From assembly GCA_963761305.1 (NCBI GenBank), contig CAVXGK010000001.1, forward strand, positions 1,056,001 to 1,120,000: a stretch of DNA of 64,000 nt. Reading direction: 5' to 3'. Below the pieces are notes generated by a model. The model searched no databases, was not told the DNA's origin, and was given only the letters and a program-made list of their open reading frames with translations. Source of the DNA: an uncultured Gemmatimonadaceae bacterium. GTDB taxonomy: Bacteria; Gemmatimonadota; Gemmatimonadetes; Gemmatimonadales; Gemmatimonadaceae. Below, one piece after another: positions 27,403-37,847 of this stretch (position 1 is the stretch's first letter; each line of letters opens with the position of its first letter). Position numbers and translations under genes: made by a program.

Positions 27403-27585
27403 CCCCCCTACTTATGAATCGCCACGGGTCGCGATTCACTACCGCAACAAAACGTTGCAGTCGGCGAAAAACGCCCATTCGGGCGGTAAAGTGGGATGCG
27501 AGCGTCATGCGGGCGTCATGTGTGGTCGCCCAACGAAGATTCTTGGTAGTAAATCGCTGACCGCGGCGATTAATAAGTAGGGGGG
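27403..27585. repeat. Palindromic element A: 41-bp inverted repeats enclosing 11-bp tandem units
   Basis: 27403-27443 vs 27545-27585 match at 35/41; each arm is itself a T(G/A)AATCGC-N8-GCGATT(C/A)A palindrome; ATGCG(A/G)GCGTC x2 at 27496-27520. Confidence 0.88.
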
Positions 27586-27819
27586 CGCGAGACGGCGACA
27601 TTGCGTCGCGCCGGTCGCCGAAACCCTTCGCGCACTCGACGGCGCACATGCCGCTGGCGGACGTGAATTCGGTCGCGTCTCGCGCGCATCTCCGCCAACC
27701 GCGATTCAATTCGGCATAAGCCCTGAGCAAATCGCGTTCGCCCCGGGGGCACGCAGGTCCGGACCGCTAAGCGCGCGCCGCAGCCGACGTTTCAACCCGA
27801 TGAACGCGGCCATGGCTCA

Positions 27820-27990
27820 GCGAGTCGAGAATCACACGCGCGCCGCCCGACTTCACATCTCTCAAAGCGCTGTTCACTCGTGGCGCGACCGCGAATTACT
27901 CGGCCTTGTCCGCGGTTCACTTCGCGTTGTCCGCGGTTCACTTCGCATTGTCCGCGATTCATTTCGCAACATCCGCGATTCACTGCGCAC
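27820..27990. repeat. 21-bp tandem array, consensus TTGTCCGCGGTTCACTTCGCA
   Basis: Four clear units from 27906 plus about four degenerate upstream units, with one 1-nt phase shift near 27890. Confidence 0.85.
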
Positions 27991-28379
27991 GATCCCGCCA
28001 TCACCTGACCACGGACCGGATGGTGACGATCGCGGACCGCATCAGGATTGCCACGGACCGAATTACGACGATCGCAGACCGCATCGCGATTGCAACGGAC
28101 CGGATGATGACGATGGCGGACCGCAGTGCGATTGCAACGGACCGGACGATGGCGATCGCGGACCGCATCGCGGTCGCCGGTCCCCGGATGAAATTGCGTT
28201 CGACCCGCGCGCAGTTCGCTTCAGACCGACTGACTTCCGTTTCACCCGACTCAAACGGGACTCGAGACCTCTCGCCGTCCCGCACGACGTTCGGCGCGAC
28301 ACCTCGCGCCGAACTTGCGCCCGGCACATCCCGTGTCACGGGCGCTCTTCCCTCTCTCCCAAAGGAGAAACCGCAGTGA
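27906..28379 (+). CDS. Putative heptad-repeat protein (LSAVHFA and xxDRxxx repeats); possibly frameshifted from ATG 27800/27812
   Basis: Unit variation is synonymous or conservative in this frame; the stop overlaps the downstream GTG (GTGA). Confidence 0.4.
   Translation: MSAVHFALSAVHFALSAIHFATSAIHCARSRHHLTTDRMVTIADRIRIATDRITTIADRIAIATDRMMTMADRSAIATDRTMAIADRIAVAGPRMKLRSTRAQFASDRLTSVSPDSNGTRDLSPSRTTFGATPRAELAPGTSRVTGALPSLPKEKPQ
28009..28176. repeat. 4x 42-bp tandem array (paired 21-bp subunits)
   Basis: C(C/A)ACGGACCGGATG.TGACGATCGCGGACCGCATCGCGATTG units. Confidence 0.9.
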
Positions 28380-29164
28380 AAGCTTCCCATGCATCGACCC
28401 TGAACACGCTGTCCCGAGTGCAGCGGTTCCTGGACCTCAACGGCTCGTCACTCGGCGACATCAACGCGTCGGGCTATCGCAAGATTCTCGACGACGTCAT
28501 CGACAAGTTGAGCGCCCACGCCGCCGACCAGACGACGACCAAGCGGGCGGCGGCCGCGGAGGCGGCGAAGGAGCGCGTGCTTCGGAACGCGCTCAAGCTG
28601 AATCACATGCGGCCGATCGCGACGGTCGCTGGCGCGCAGTTGCGTCAGGTCCCCGACTTTGCGGCACTCAAGATGCCGCCGAAGAATGCGACGTCGCGAA
28701 CGCTCATCACGTACGCGGCGGCGATGAAAACGGCGGCCAGCGAGTACGCGGGCGCGTTCGTCGGCGCCGGTCTGCCGGCGGACTTCATCGATGAGCTGCA
28801 AGCAGCCGCCGACGCGCTGAGCAACTCGTTGACGAGCCGCACCTCGAACGGCGCCGCGCAACGCGGCGCGACCGTCGGCCTCGACGCCGAGGCGACGCGT
28901 GGCCGGCAGGCGGTGAAGGTGCTCGACTCGCTGGTCGAGCCGCTCATTCAGGGCAACCTAGCGTTGCTCGGCCAATGGACCGCGGCGAAGCGGTTCGGTG
29001 GCAGGGTGAGTTCGCCCACGAGCACGTCGATCGATGCCGCAGCGAGAGGGCCGGCGACGGCGGTGTCGGGTCCGAGTGGCGAGTCGGCTCAGCTAACGAC
29101 CGCGACGGCCGAGCCGGCGCCTGGCCCGGTCGGTTCCAGCGTGGCCGCTAGTCCGGCTGCGTAG
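28376..29164 (+). CDS. Hypothetical Ala-rich alpha-helical protein
   Basis: AAGGAG RBS before GTG; RVQRFLD, HMRPIA and GLPADFI motifs; typical codon bias. Confidence 0.8.
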   Translation: MKASHASTLNTLSRVQRFLDLNGSSLGDINASGYRKILDDVIDKLSAHAADQTTTKRAAAAEAAKERVLRNALKLNHMRPIATVAGAQLRQVPDFAALKMPPKNATSRTLITYAAAMKTAASEYAGAFVGAGLPADFIDELQAAADALSNSLTSRTSNGAAQRGATVGLDAEATRGRQAVKVLDSLVEPLIQGNLALLGQWTAAKRFGGRVSSPTSTSIDAAARGPATAVSGPSGESAQLTTATAEPAPGPVGSSVAASPAA

Positions 29165-29391
29165 ACCCTATCGGCGAGGAGCCGCTTCCGGCTCCTCGCC
29201 AGCCATTCGGGCCTCTGTATCGGGTTCTAAACTGACGGTCCGCACCAGCACAAGAGTTGGCCCCGGAATAGCGGGTCGTGCCAGATTCTTCCGCCGCGCG
29301 TCTTGAACCGGATCCCTGGCAGGATGTGGCTCGCCGACCCGAATTCAGTAACAAATCGTTCTGCGAAACCGCTACTCCGGAGGAAGCCGAG

Positions 29392-29823
29392 ATGAAGAGT
29401 TCATATTGGATGGCAATGGGTGCGGCGCTGTCTGGCCTCGTGGCGTTCGCCAACCCGAAGGCCGCCAGAAACGCCGACAGCCCGTGCTACGCGTCCGACT
29501 CTTACTCTGACGACCAGATCGCGGAACTGCGGACGATTGTCGCCGGTCCTGATTCCACAAGCAATCGGTGGCGGCAGATTGTTCATTTGCCGGCGGTAGC
29601 GCCGTCAGCCGTGGCCCTGGTTTCAGAGTCTGCGAGTTGCGCGAGTGCGTTGACCACATTCAACAGCGCAACGCAGTACGACAACGGACCGGCGGTGAAG
29701 CTTTACTTGTTCAGTGTTGGCAACGTGTACGTAGGCGCGAATCCGCATTTCCCCTCAGGCGAGTCGGTCCAGCACGTTGTCATGGACAGCACCTTCGCGT
29801 TTCTCGGCAACTACCTCAAGTAA
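29392..29823 (+). CDS. Hypothetical secreted protein
   Basis: GGAGG RBS, signal peptide, two Cys residues. Confidence 0.7.
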   Translation: MKSSYWMAMGAALSGLVAFANPKAARNADSPCYASDSYSDDQIAELRTIVAGPDSTSNRWRQIVHLPAVAPSAVALVSESASCASALTTFNSATQYDNGPAVKLYLFSVGNVYVGANPHFPSGESVQHVVMDSTFAFLGNYLK

Positions 29824-30029
29824 GTGGGGGATATGCGGTCGGGGCGTCGATGCCACAATCGGATGCCGGCGAGCGCGCCGGCGACGTCGGTGTCGAACCC
29901 GAGTGGCGAGTTAGCTACTCAGCCGGGACGGAGCCAGGGCCTGGCTCAGGCAGTCCAGGCGCGGCCGGTAGTCCGGTTTCGTAGGCGTGTGGCGGGGAAG
30001 CCGCCTCCGCTCCTCGCCGCCACGCAGTT

Positions 30030-30191
30030 GTCGATCGGCAGGCGTTGAACCGGCACGCCGTTCACCATGTTGAAGATCGCGGTGGCGGCGCCGATGCCGA
30101 TCGCGAGGGTGACGATCGCCGTGAGAGAGAACGCGGACGACTTGGCGAGGGTGCACACAGTGTACGCATCTTGGATCAGGTTCACGGACAT
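30030..30191 (-). pseudogene. Degenerate N-terminal fragment of an ADOP permease
   Basis: LIQD...TLAKS.AFSLTAIVTLAIGIGAATAIFNMVNGV..RLP, after which homology is lost. Confidence 0.75.
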
Positions 30192-30523
30192 ATTTACGCA
30201 CGCGGAACGCGCCCCCGTCCCCACACCTGTGGGCAGGAAGACGCTAAAGCCCCGAGCCGGCTCTACGGAATGATGTCTCGGCTGATGGCGCGGTCGATCG
30301 CATACGCCGCTACTGGGTAGTCGTACAAGGCGTGCTAACACCCTCTCGCTTGTCCGATTCTGGAACAAGAATCCCACGAGCGGGCAGCGGTTCTCGCGGC
30401 GAGAAGTCACATGGCGTGCCCAAACGCCTTGCGATACGTATGGTTGACGTGCGGTCGCGAGCGGCACGCTTCTTACCCATGTCGCGCGCGACTCCAACTG
30501 ATCGCGCAACCTCGAGACGTCTC

Positions 30524-32959
30524 ATGCTGGACGACCTCCGACTCGCCGCCCGCAGTCTCCTCCGCGCCCGAGGCCTCGCCACGGCCGCGGTGCTCTGTCT
30601 CGCCCTCGGCATCGGCGGCACGACGATCGTCTACAGCGTCACCTCCGCCCTCGTGCTCCACCCGGTGCCGGCGACGGATCCAACGGGCCTCGTCATGGTC
30701 GGCGAAGTGCCGCCATCGCGCCCGGGTCCCGACGACGCCGAGATGGCGCCCGCGAACTACGTCGACCTCGCGACGCGGAATCGCAGCTTCAGCGAGCTCG
30801 CGGCGTTCAACAACCTCGACGCAAACCTCACCGGCATCGATGAGCCCGAGCGCGTCGCCGGGTTTCGCGTCACGCCGAGCTACTTCCATCTGCTCGGCGT
30901 CCGTCCCACGATGGGCCGCCCGTTCACCGACGCCGACGCGCGCTACACGGAGTCGCCCAACGTCATCATCATCAGCAACGGACTCTGGCACCGCCGCTTC
31001 GGCGCCGACACCGGAGTCGTCGGGCGCGTCGTGCGAATCAACGACGTGCCGCGCACGATCGTCGGCGTGATGCCCGCCGGCTTCGTCTTCCCGCCCGGCG
31101 CCGAGCTGTGGTCGCCGCTGTCGCTCGCCGGCGACTACGGGCGCGAGCGCGACGGGCGGTTCCTGCGCGGCGTGCTGGCCCGGCTCAAACCGGGGGTGTC
31201 GCTCGCGCGCGCCAGTGCCGACGTCCACGGGATCATGCAACAACTGCAACGCGAGTATCCTCAGGACGACGGCAAGTGGGACATGCGCGTCGAAGACGCG
31301 AACGCGTTTTACGGACAGCATACGCGCCCCTTCATGCTCGCCCAGCTCGCCGCGGTGGCGCTCGTCCTCCTCATCGCCTGCGCGAACGTCGCCAACCTGC
31401 TCCTCGCTCGCGCCACGACCCGCACCCGTGAAGTCGCCGTCCGCGTCGCGCTCGGCGCGTCACGCGGACGCGTCGTGCGCCTGCAGCTCGCCGAATCGCT
31501 GATGCTCGCGCTCGCGGGCGGAGTGCTCGGTACCCTGATGGCCGTCTGGGGAATCGAGGCGGTGCGCGCCATGCTCCCCGCCGAACAGGCGAGATTCAAT
31601 CCCGGTTGGACCGCCATGGAACTGAGCGCCGGTGCGCTTGCCTTCACCGCCGCCATCTCATTTGTCACGGCGATGCTCGTCGGGCTGGCGCCGGCGTTCG
31701 TCGCCAGCGGCACGGATCCGCGGCAAGCGCTCGCCGAAGGTGGACGCAGCGCGTCGCAGGGCCGCTCGCGTCACCGGCTTCGCGGACTGCTCGTCAGCGG
31801 CGAGATGGCCTTGGCACTCACGATGCTCGCCGGCACGATCGTGACCGTCCGCGGTTTCGTCGCGCTCGCCGACGAAGCGCCGGGCTACCGCGTGGACCAC
31901 GCGCTCACGATGCAACTCACCGCGCCCATCGCGCGATACCGGTCGACGGCCGACGCCGAGGCCATGTACGCAGGTGTGCTCGCCGCCGTGCGGGCCGAGC
32001 CGGGCGTGGAGGATGCGGCGTTGTCGACGATGCTGCCGCCTGACTGGACCAAGTACGATTCGCGAATCTTTCTCGAGGGGGAACCGCGCCCGACGCGGAG
32101 CGATCCGGCGCGCACGCCGCGTTGGCAGATGGTGACGCCCGGCTATTTCGCGACCATGGGCATTCCGCTCCTCCGCGGCCGAGCACTCACCGACCACGAC
32201 GATTCGACGTCCGCGAGCGCGATCGTGGTGAGCGAGTCGATGGCGCGCGCCTACTGGCCGGACCAAAGCCCGCTCGGCAAACGAATTGGCTGCGCGTGCG
32301 ACGACACGACGATGATGACCGTCGTCGGAGTGGTCGGCGACGTGCGCTTCAACCCGAACGTCGGTCCCGCCGAGGCGCCGACGTACTACGTGACCGTCGC
32401 TCAGGCGCACCCCTGGCGCACGATGTCGTTGATCGTCCGCACGAAGAACGATCCGGCGTCGATGACGCGCCGCGTCGAGCGCGCGATCGCGACCGTCGCG
32501 CCGACCGTGGCGCCAGGCGGCGTGCTGACGCTCGACCACGTGCAGCGCAGCGCGCTCTCTCCGCAGCGAATCACCAGCGAGATGATGACGGCGTTCGCGA
32601 TCGTCGCGCTGCTTTTGGCGGCCATCGGCATCCACGGCGTGATCTCGTACACGGTCGCGCAACGCACGCACGACATCGGCGTCCGCACGGCGCTCGGCGC
32701 CCAACCCGCCGACATCGTGCGAGGCGTCCTCGGTCCGGCGACGCGCTTCATCGTGTTCGGCATCGCCGTCGGTATCGCCGGCGCGGCCTTGATGACACGG
32801 GCGTTGGCGCACCTGCTGACGCAGCTCTCGCCGAACGACCCGCTGTCGTTCGGCGCGGCGGTCACGGTGCTGGCGTCGGCTGCCCTCGCCGGTGCGTATC
32901 TCCCGGCGCGGCGAGCGATGCGAATCGATCCGGCGATCGCGCTGCGACGCGACGTGTAG
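30524..32959 (+). CDS. ADOP-type ABC permease
   Basis: MLDDLRLAARSL, LLIACANVANLLLAR and PARRAMRIDP motifs. Confidence 0.92.
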   Translation: MLDDLRLAARSLLRARGLATAAVLCLALGIGGTTIVYSVTSALVLHPVPATDPTGLVMVGEVPPSRPGPDDAEMAPANYVDLATRNRSFSELAAFNNLDANLTGIDEPERVAGFRVTPSYFHLLGVRPTMGRPFTDADARYTESPNVIIISNGLWHRRFGADTGVVGRVVRINDVPRTIVGVMPAGFVFPPGAELWSPLSLAGDYGRERDGRFLRGVLARLKPGVSLARASADVHGIMQQLQREYPQDDGKWDMRVEDANAFYGQHTRPFMLAQLAAVALVLLIACANVANLLLARATTRTREVAVRVALGASRGRVVRLQLAESLMLALAGGVLGTLMAVWGIEAVRAMLPAEQARFNPGWTAMELSAGALAFTAAISFVTAMLVGLAPAFVASGTDPRQALAEGGRSASQGRSRHRLRGLLVSGEMALALTMLAGTIVTVRGFVALADEAPGYRVDHALTMQLTAPIARYRSTADAEAMYAGVLAAVRAEPGVEDAALSTMLPPDWTKYDSRIFLEGEPRPTRSDPARTPRWQMVTPGYFATMGIPLLRGRALTDHDDSTSASAIVVSESMARAYWPDQSPLGKRIGCACDDTTMMTVVGVVGDVRFNPNVGPAEAPTYYVTVAQAHPWRTMSLIVRTKNDPASMTRRVERAIATVAPTVAPGGVLTLDHVQRSALSPQRITSEMMTAFAIVALLLAAIGIHGVISYTVAQRTHDIGVRTALGAQPADIVRGVLGPATRFIVFGIAVGIAGAALMTRALAHLLTQLSPNDPLSFGAAVTVLASAALAGAYLPARRAMRIDPAIALRRDV

Positions 32960-33194
32960 CGCCGGCAACAACCTCGGTGGCGCGTGACGGCGGCCTTGAC
33001 CGTGCCGAACCGCGCGGGCTGAGGCGCCTTCGTTACACAGATTCGCTATGCAAGAACTCTCGTAGCGACGTGCCGCCGCGGGGCACCGGCCCCGGACCGC
33101 GAATTGCCTTCCCTACAACTTCGGGTAGCCGCGTGGCCACCCGCCGCGCTCGGCCCGTCGCCGCGAGCGGCGTCAGCGCTTTGCAGGGAGATTC

Positions 33195-33863
33195 ATGATG
33201 TTCCGTCCGTCTCATGTCGTCGTCGTCGGCGCACTGGCGCTGACCGCTAGCGCCTGTAGCGACACCACCAACGCCGTCTTCCCCTTCAATTCCGCCGTCG
33301 TTCGCCTCGTCAACGCCACCGACACGCCGATCACGCTATCGGTCTCGGGCGTCCCCGACTCGGCGAACTCGAGGCTCGTGTTCGGTCAGTCATCCGCCTG
33401 CGTGTTGATCGATCTGTCAAACAGGGTGTCGGTCATCACCGTCACGAACAACGCGGCCGGCGGGTTGGTCCCCTTCAGCCCGATCCTGTCACCTGGCGAC
33501 AACCTGACAGTCGTCGCGTTCGGCGCCACAGCGGGCGTCATACAGTTGGCGACGCTGAACAATCGCTTCGTGCCGACCTTCAACAGCGCGGGACTGCGCT
33601 TCTTCAACGGCGTGGCGAGCACCGGCCCGCTGTTCATGCAGCGGCGTGGCGTCGCGCTCACACCCTTCGTTCAGTTCGGCACGGCGAGCGCGTTCGTGAG
33701 CGTGCCGACCGATTCAGCGTCGATCACGTTCGCCAATGGACTCTCCGTCGTCCTCGACGCCGGCCGGATGGCGTTCCCGCTCGGACAGAACTCGACCGTC
33801 GTGGTCGGGCCGCCGGCGGCTGGCACCGATCCGCTTCGCTTCTTCACGGTACAGGCATGTTGA
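33195..33863 (+). CDS. DUF4397-like lipoprotein
   Basis: ASAC lipobox; two repeats VRLVNA and LRFFNG; GGAG RBS. Confidence 0.7.
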   Translation: MMFRPSHVVVVGALALTASACSDTTNAVFPFNSAVVRLVNATDTPITLSVSGVPDSANSRLVFGQSSACVLIDLSNRVSVITVTNNAAGGLVPFSPILSPGDNLTVVAFGATAGVIQLATLNNRFVPTFNSAGLRFFNGVASTGPLFMQRRGVALTPFVQFGTASAFVSVPTDSASITFANGLSVVLDAGRMAFPLGQNSTVVVGPPAAGTDPLRFFTVQAC

Positions 33864-33904
33864 GCTCAGGGGCGGCACCGCGCGCGCACCCCATGGACAG
33901 GCAC

Positions 33905-34336
33905 ATGCGCAGCATCGCGATTGCTCTTCTGCTGGGCACACTCGGGTTCGTGGCGTGTACGAGCAACGACAACAACGTGGTGGGCACGCCCAGTGCGCCG
34001 AACGCCCCGTTCGCCTTGCAAACTGTCAACGGCGCCGCATTGCCGGCGGTGGTGTTCGATTCCGCCAATCCTCCACTCAGACTCGACGCGCTCTCCGGTG
34101 CGATCACGATCGGGCCCGCCAATGTCTTCAGCGACGTCACCACGTTCCGTCAGACGCTTGGCGGTGTCGTCTCGACCCGAACCGTGACGTGCACCGGAAC
34201 GTTCAATGCCGTCGGAAACGTCTTCGAGTTCATGGAAGGGGCCGCACCGGACTGCGGCCTCACCTTCACTGGCGTGTTGAGCGGCGCCACGCTCACCGCG
34301 TCGGTCCTTGGCGCACCGGCGGTGTTCAGCCAGTAG
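33905..34336 (+). CDS. Hypothetical lipoprotein
   Basis: FVAC lipobox; LQTVNGAALP motif. Confidence 0.75.
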   Translation: MRSIAIALLLGTLGFVACTSNDNNVVGTPSAPNAPFALQTVNGAALPAVVFDSANPPLRLDALSGAITIGPANVFSDVTTFRQTLGGVVSTRTVTCTGTFNAVGNVFEFMEGAAPDCGLTFTGVLSGATLTASVLGAPAVFSQ

Positions 34337-34417
34337 TCGTACGGATATCGATTGTCGTCGACAGTCGTCTAAGGACAGCTACAGTTCGTGCAGCGAGTTG
34401 GACACCTCCTAGACGCC

Positions 34418-35377
34418 ATGGCTGATTCCGAACTGAACCCGCCGTACGACGTAACGTTTGGCGCGCAGCGCCGATGGCAACTGCGCCGACTTCGGGCCGC
34501 GAAGCGGCACGCGATGCGGCTGCTCGGAGAGATGAAGCGCCGGGCCCTGCGGCGGCCAGCGGGCGAAAAGCTTCTGTTGGACCGATTCGCGCGCGTGCAC
34601 AGGCGCCCGCTCGACTTGGCGCATCCGAGGACCTTTACGGAAAAGCTCTTCTGCCGGATGGTGCTGTGGAATCGCCGGATGGACCGGAAATTCTCGCGCC
34701 TTACCGACAAGTTGGCCGCCCGGGCGTATGTGAGCCGCAAGGTGGGCGATGAGGTTCTGGTAAAGATCCTCTGGCAAGGGAAGGACCCCAGCCGGATTCC
34801 GTTTGACAGCTTGCCCGCCACCTACGTGATCAAGCCAAACCACGGTAGTCGCGCCGTCATCGTAGTCACGGGAAAGCCTGACAAAACCGAGATCATCCAG
34901 CGTGCGAAGGAGTGGCTCGCCACCAACTACTACTGGTTGTGCCGGGAGTATCAGTACTATCGCATTCCACCGCGGCTTATGATCGAAGAGCACCTCGTGA
35001 ACGCAGATGGAAGCGAGGCGCTCGCCTACAAGTTCTGGTGCTTCAACGGCGTGCCGCGGGTGCTCTACGTCACGAACCTGGTGCATTCGTTCAGCGTGTT
35101 CTTCGACACGGCATGGAATGCTCTCGACTTCACGCACCACTCGAATCCGCACCCACTCTCGGTGGAGCGACCGCGGAGCCTCGATCGAATGGTCGCCCTC
35201 GCGGCGCGCCTGTCGGAAGACTTTGATTTCGTGCGCGTGGATCTGTACGCCGTGGATGAGAAGATCTACTTCAACGAGCTCACGTTTACGCCGTCGGCCG
35301 GCTATCTCGACTTCACGCCGGCCGAGTGGGATCTGACGCTGGGACGCTGGTGGGCGATGGACGAGTCGGCGTCATAG
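34418..35377 (+). CDS. TupA-like ATP-grasp amidoligase
   Basis: PRTFTEKL, DK..R.YV, VIKPNHGS, YKFWCFNG, FVRVDLY and ELTFTP motifs; start uncertain. Confidence 0.9.
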   Translation: MADSELNPPYDVTFGAQRRWQLRRLRAAKRHAMRLLGEMKRRALRRPAGEKLLLDRFARVHRRPLDLAHPRTFTEKLFCRMVLWNRRMDRKFSRLTDKLAARAYVSRKVGDEVLVKILWQGKDPSRIPFDSLPATYVIKPNHGSRAVIVVTGKPDKTEIIQRAKEWLATNYYWLCREYQYYRIPPRLMIEEHLVNADGSEALAYKFWCFNGVPRVLYVTNLVHSFSVFFDTAWNALDFTHHSNPHPLSVERPRSLDRMVALAARLSEDFDFVRVDLYAVDEKIYFNELTFTPSAGYLDFTPAEWDLTLGRWWAMDESAS

Positions 35378-35791
35378 GAGACGCGAAACTCGCTGTAGCG
35401 TCATTCGTGTCCGCTGGAGTTCCTTGCGGACGGCCTCGACCTGAGGCTGCAGCGCAGGATCCGCGTCGCGCCGGAGCACGAGGTAGCGGCGATACGAGCG
35501 GATCGCGAAGTCGCGGTCCCCCGCCAACGTGGCAATCCGCCCTTCCTCGAGAAGCTGCGCCGTGTAGTAGACGCCCGGGGCATTCACGCTCTCGGTACGA
35601 CGAATCGCCGCGGCCGCGCGTGGAACGTCGCCCACCGCTTCCCAACCGCGTGCGGCAATGAGATTCCCCAATCCGCCGAGCACACCTTGCGGATCGGTCT
35701 TGAGGACCGAGTCCAGGCGCGTCAGCAGCGCGCGCGCGTCCGTTAGAATCGAGAGCCGCGTCCCGCGAGCGGGCGAGAGGGGGAACGTCAT
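35372..35791 (-). pseudogene. C-terminal TPR-like fragment of a larger signalling protein
   Basis: EEGR.A.LAGD...AI.SY.RYL.LR.DADPALQPQV helical tail with no N-terminal domains. Confidence 0.5.
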
Positions 35792-35877
35792 TGACAGACT
35801 TGTCGGGCCTCTGAACGACTTCTCGTTAGTAATGTGGGTGTGCGAGAGTCGGGGTGGTTCTCTTACCTGGGGACGCG

Positions 35878-37320
35878 ATGATCCGAAACCGAGCCGTAGG
35901 AAGACCGTGGTCGTGGTTGGCGCTCGTCGCCGCACGCGCCCTAGTCGCATGCTCGGGCGACATAACGCCATCATCGGCGCCCGGTGAGTCGGCCATCGCC
36001 CGGCTGTCGACGCCAATGCCCACCGCCGGGCTGGTCGCGTACTACCCGTTCGACGGCAGCGCCGACGACGCTAGCGGCAAGGCGAGCAACGGTGTCGTTT
36101 CCGGTGCAACGCTCATCGCTGACCGATTCGGAGCAGCCAATCACGCGTACTACTTCGACGGTCAGTCCGCGAGCATCACCACGACGACGAAACACTTTGC
36201 CCAGTCGGGCCAATTGAGTGTCTCGGTGTGGGTGATGCTGTCGGACGCCAGCGGCGGCTCGTTCATGGGGGCCAGCGAGTTCGGTGTTTCAAGCGGTGGC
36301 GGTACAAGCGGTTCCATCGGGCTGTCGATCTACCATCCACTCACGAATACCGCGTACGGAATCGGCGCGGTCGGCACGTGGGTGCACTTCGTGGGGACGT
36401 TCGACGGGCACGACATTCGCGCCTATACCAACGGCCAATTGGTCGACTGGCTAACGTGGCCCGGAGCGCTCGGCGACGCCGATCGCCCGCTGGTGTTCGG
36501 CCAGTTTCTGACGCAGCACTGGCAGGGTGCGCTCGACGACGTTCGCATCTACGATCGGGCGCTCACACCGGACGAGATCCAGCAGCTCTATCACGAGGGC
36601 GGGTGGTCGCCTGCGTCGTCGCTCGCGTTGCCACCGGCGCCGTCGGTCGCGCGAGACGTCTCGGTCACCTACGTGATCACCGGCAGCGCAACGACCGACG
36701 ACGGTTCGCCCGTGGCAGGCGCGCAGATCGTCGCCCTTATCAGCCCCGCACAAGGACCGAGTCTCGATTCACTCGGCCAGCGCGTGTGCAACTGTCAGGT
36801 CTCCACCACGACCGGCTCGAACGGCCACTACACCATGACGATCGCGGTCGCCGACCCGGGGTCAATCGGCATGCAGCTGTTCGGGGGCGACGGATATGAA
36901 GAGGAGAATCAGGTGATGGCACCGGTTGGGTCGGGCTCCGCGCAAACGATGAATTTTCACGTCCACCAGATGCGCCAGATTGCGGCGGGGGACTCGATAG
37001 CGGTGACGGTCAGCCCGAACAATTCGGCGTGCTTCAACGACCTCCAAAAGGTCGGTGGGTGGGCCCTCGATCAGCCCCGCTGTCGCACGATACTCGTGAT
37101 GCCGGCTGCTGACGGCGTCCTGCGTGTGGACGCACTTTCGACGCAGGGCGGCGCGGCCAGCGGGCTGGAGATTGAAGACGCGGCCCTCCAGAATGAACAT
37201 CTTGGCAACCCCGGGTCCGTTCGAGTCACGGCGGGCAAGTACGTGCGAGTGAACGTCGAGATCCCCAACAACTCCCCGAGCCAGACGTTCGTGGTGCATA
37301 CGTCGCTCACACCCCCGTAG
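35878..37320 (+). CDS. LamG/concanavalin-A-like domain lipoprotein
   Basis: LVAC lipobox; GLVAYYPFDG, DRFG, WVHFVGTFDG and LDDVRIYDRALT motifs; C-terminal beta-rich domain. Confidence 0.85.
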   Translation: MIRNRAVGRPWSWLALVAARALVACSGDITPSSAPGESAIARLSTPMPTAGLVAYYPFDGSADDASGKASNGVVSGATLIADRFGAANHAYYFDGQSASITTTTKHFAQSGQLSVSVWVMLSDASGGSFMGASEFGVSSGGGTSGSIGLSIYHPLTNTAYGIGAVGTWVHFVGTFDGHDIRAYTNGQLVDWLTWPGALGDADRPLVFGQFLTQHWQGALDDVRIYDRALTPDEIQQLYHEGGWSPASSLALPPAPSVARDVSVTYVITGSATTDDGSPVAGAQIVALISPAQGPSLDSLGQRVCNCQVSTTTGSNGHYTMTIAVADPGSIGMQLFGGDGYEEENQVMAPVGSGSAQTMNFHVHQMRQIAAGDSIAVTVSPNNSACFNDLQKVGGWALDQPRCRTILVMPAADGVLRVDALSTQGGAASGLEIEDAALQNEHLGNPGSVRVTAGKYVRVNVEIPNNSPSQTFVVHTSLTPP

Positions 37321-37490
37321 ACTCGCCCACGCTCGGCGCGAGAGCCGAGAGTAGAGCGCTCGCGGATGGAACGCGGGGCGCGCGGCCGGACAACGCGGCC
37401 GCGCGCCCTTCCCTACTTCCGGGGCGGGGTGCGGAGAACTGGGACGGGCGCGGGGGGCGGGCACGGAGAATTGGAATGCGTCCCGACTTT

Positions 37491-37718
37491 CGCGACGCGA
37501 GCCCCTCTACTTGTTATATATCCGCCGACTGCGATATGGCTACTCGGCAAAATCTGCCTGGTTTATAAAGGTCCAATTGAAAGAGTTTATCAAAGGCGAG
37601 CATCATGCGAGCATCATGCATGACGCTTGCATGACGTTTATAACCAGCGACGATGGTTAGGGGATGTACCCAAAATGCGGTCCGCGGATAAGACCCAAGT
37701 AGAGGGGCGAGAGTCGCG
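37491..37718. repeat. Palindromic element B: nested inverted repeats with central head-to-head 11-bp units
   Basis: GCCCCTCTACTTG (37501-37513) / CAAGTAGAGGGGC (37696-37708); inner pairs TATCCGC and CTGGTT(T)ATAAA; GCGAGCATCAT x2 then GCATGACG x2 at 37596-37639. Confidence 0.85.
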
Positions 37719-37847
37719 GGTATTCCTGTCGATCGACCACGGGCGCGCGACGATCGAGGCATGGAGGCAGTTGACCGATGCTGCCGCCTGAAGCGGCCCA
37801 CTAGAGCCCCAGCCCAGCAGCGATCGCTATCAGGGCAAAGGGGCCGC

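Noticed and set aside
27820..28176. CRISPR or guide-RNA array
   Set aside because: Contiguous units with codon-like variation, no spacers and no effector gene.
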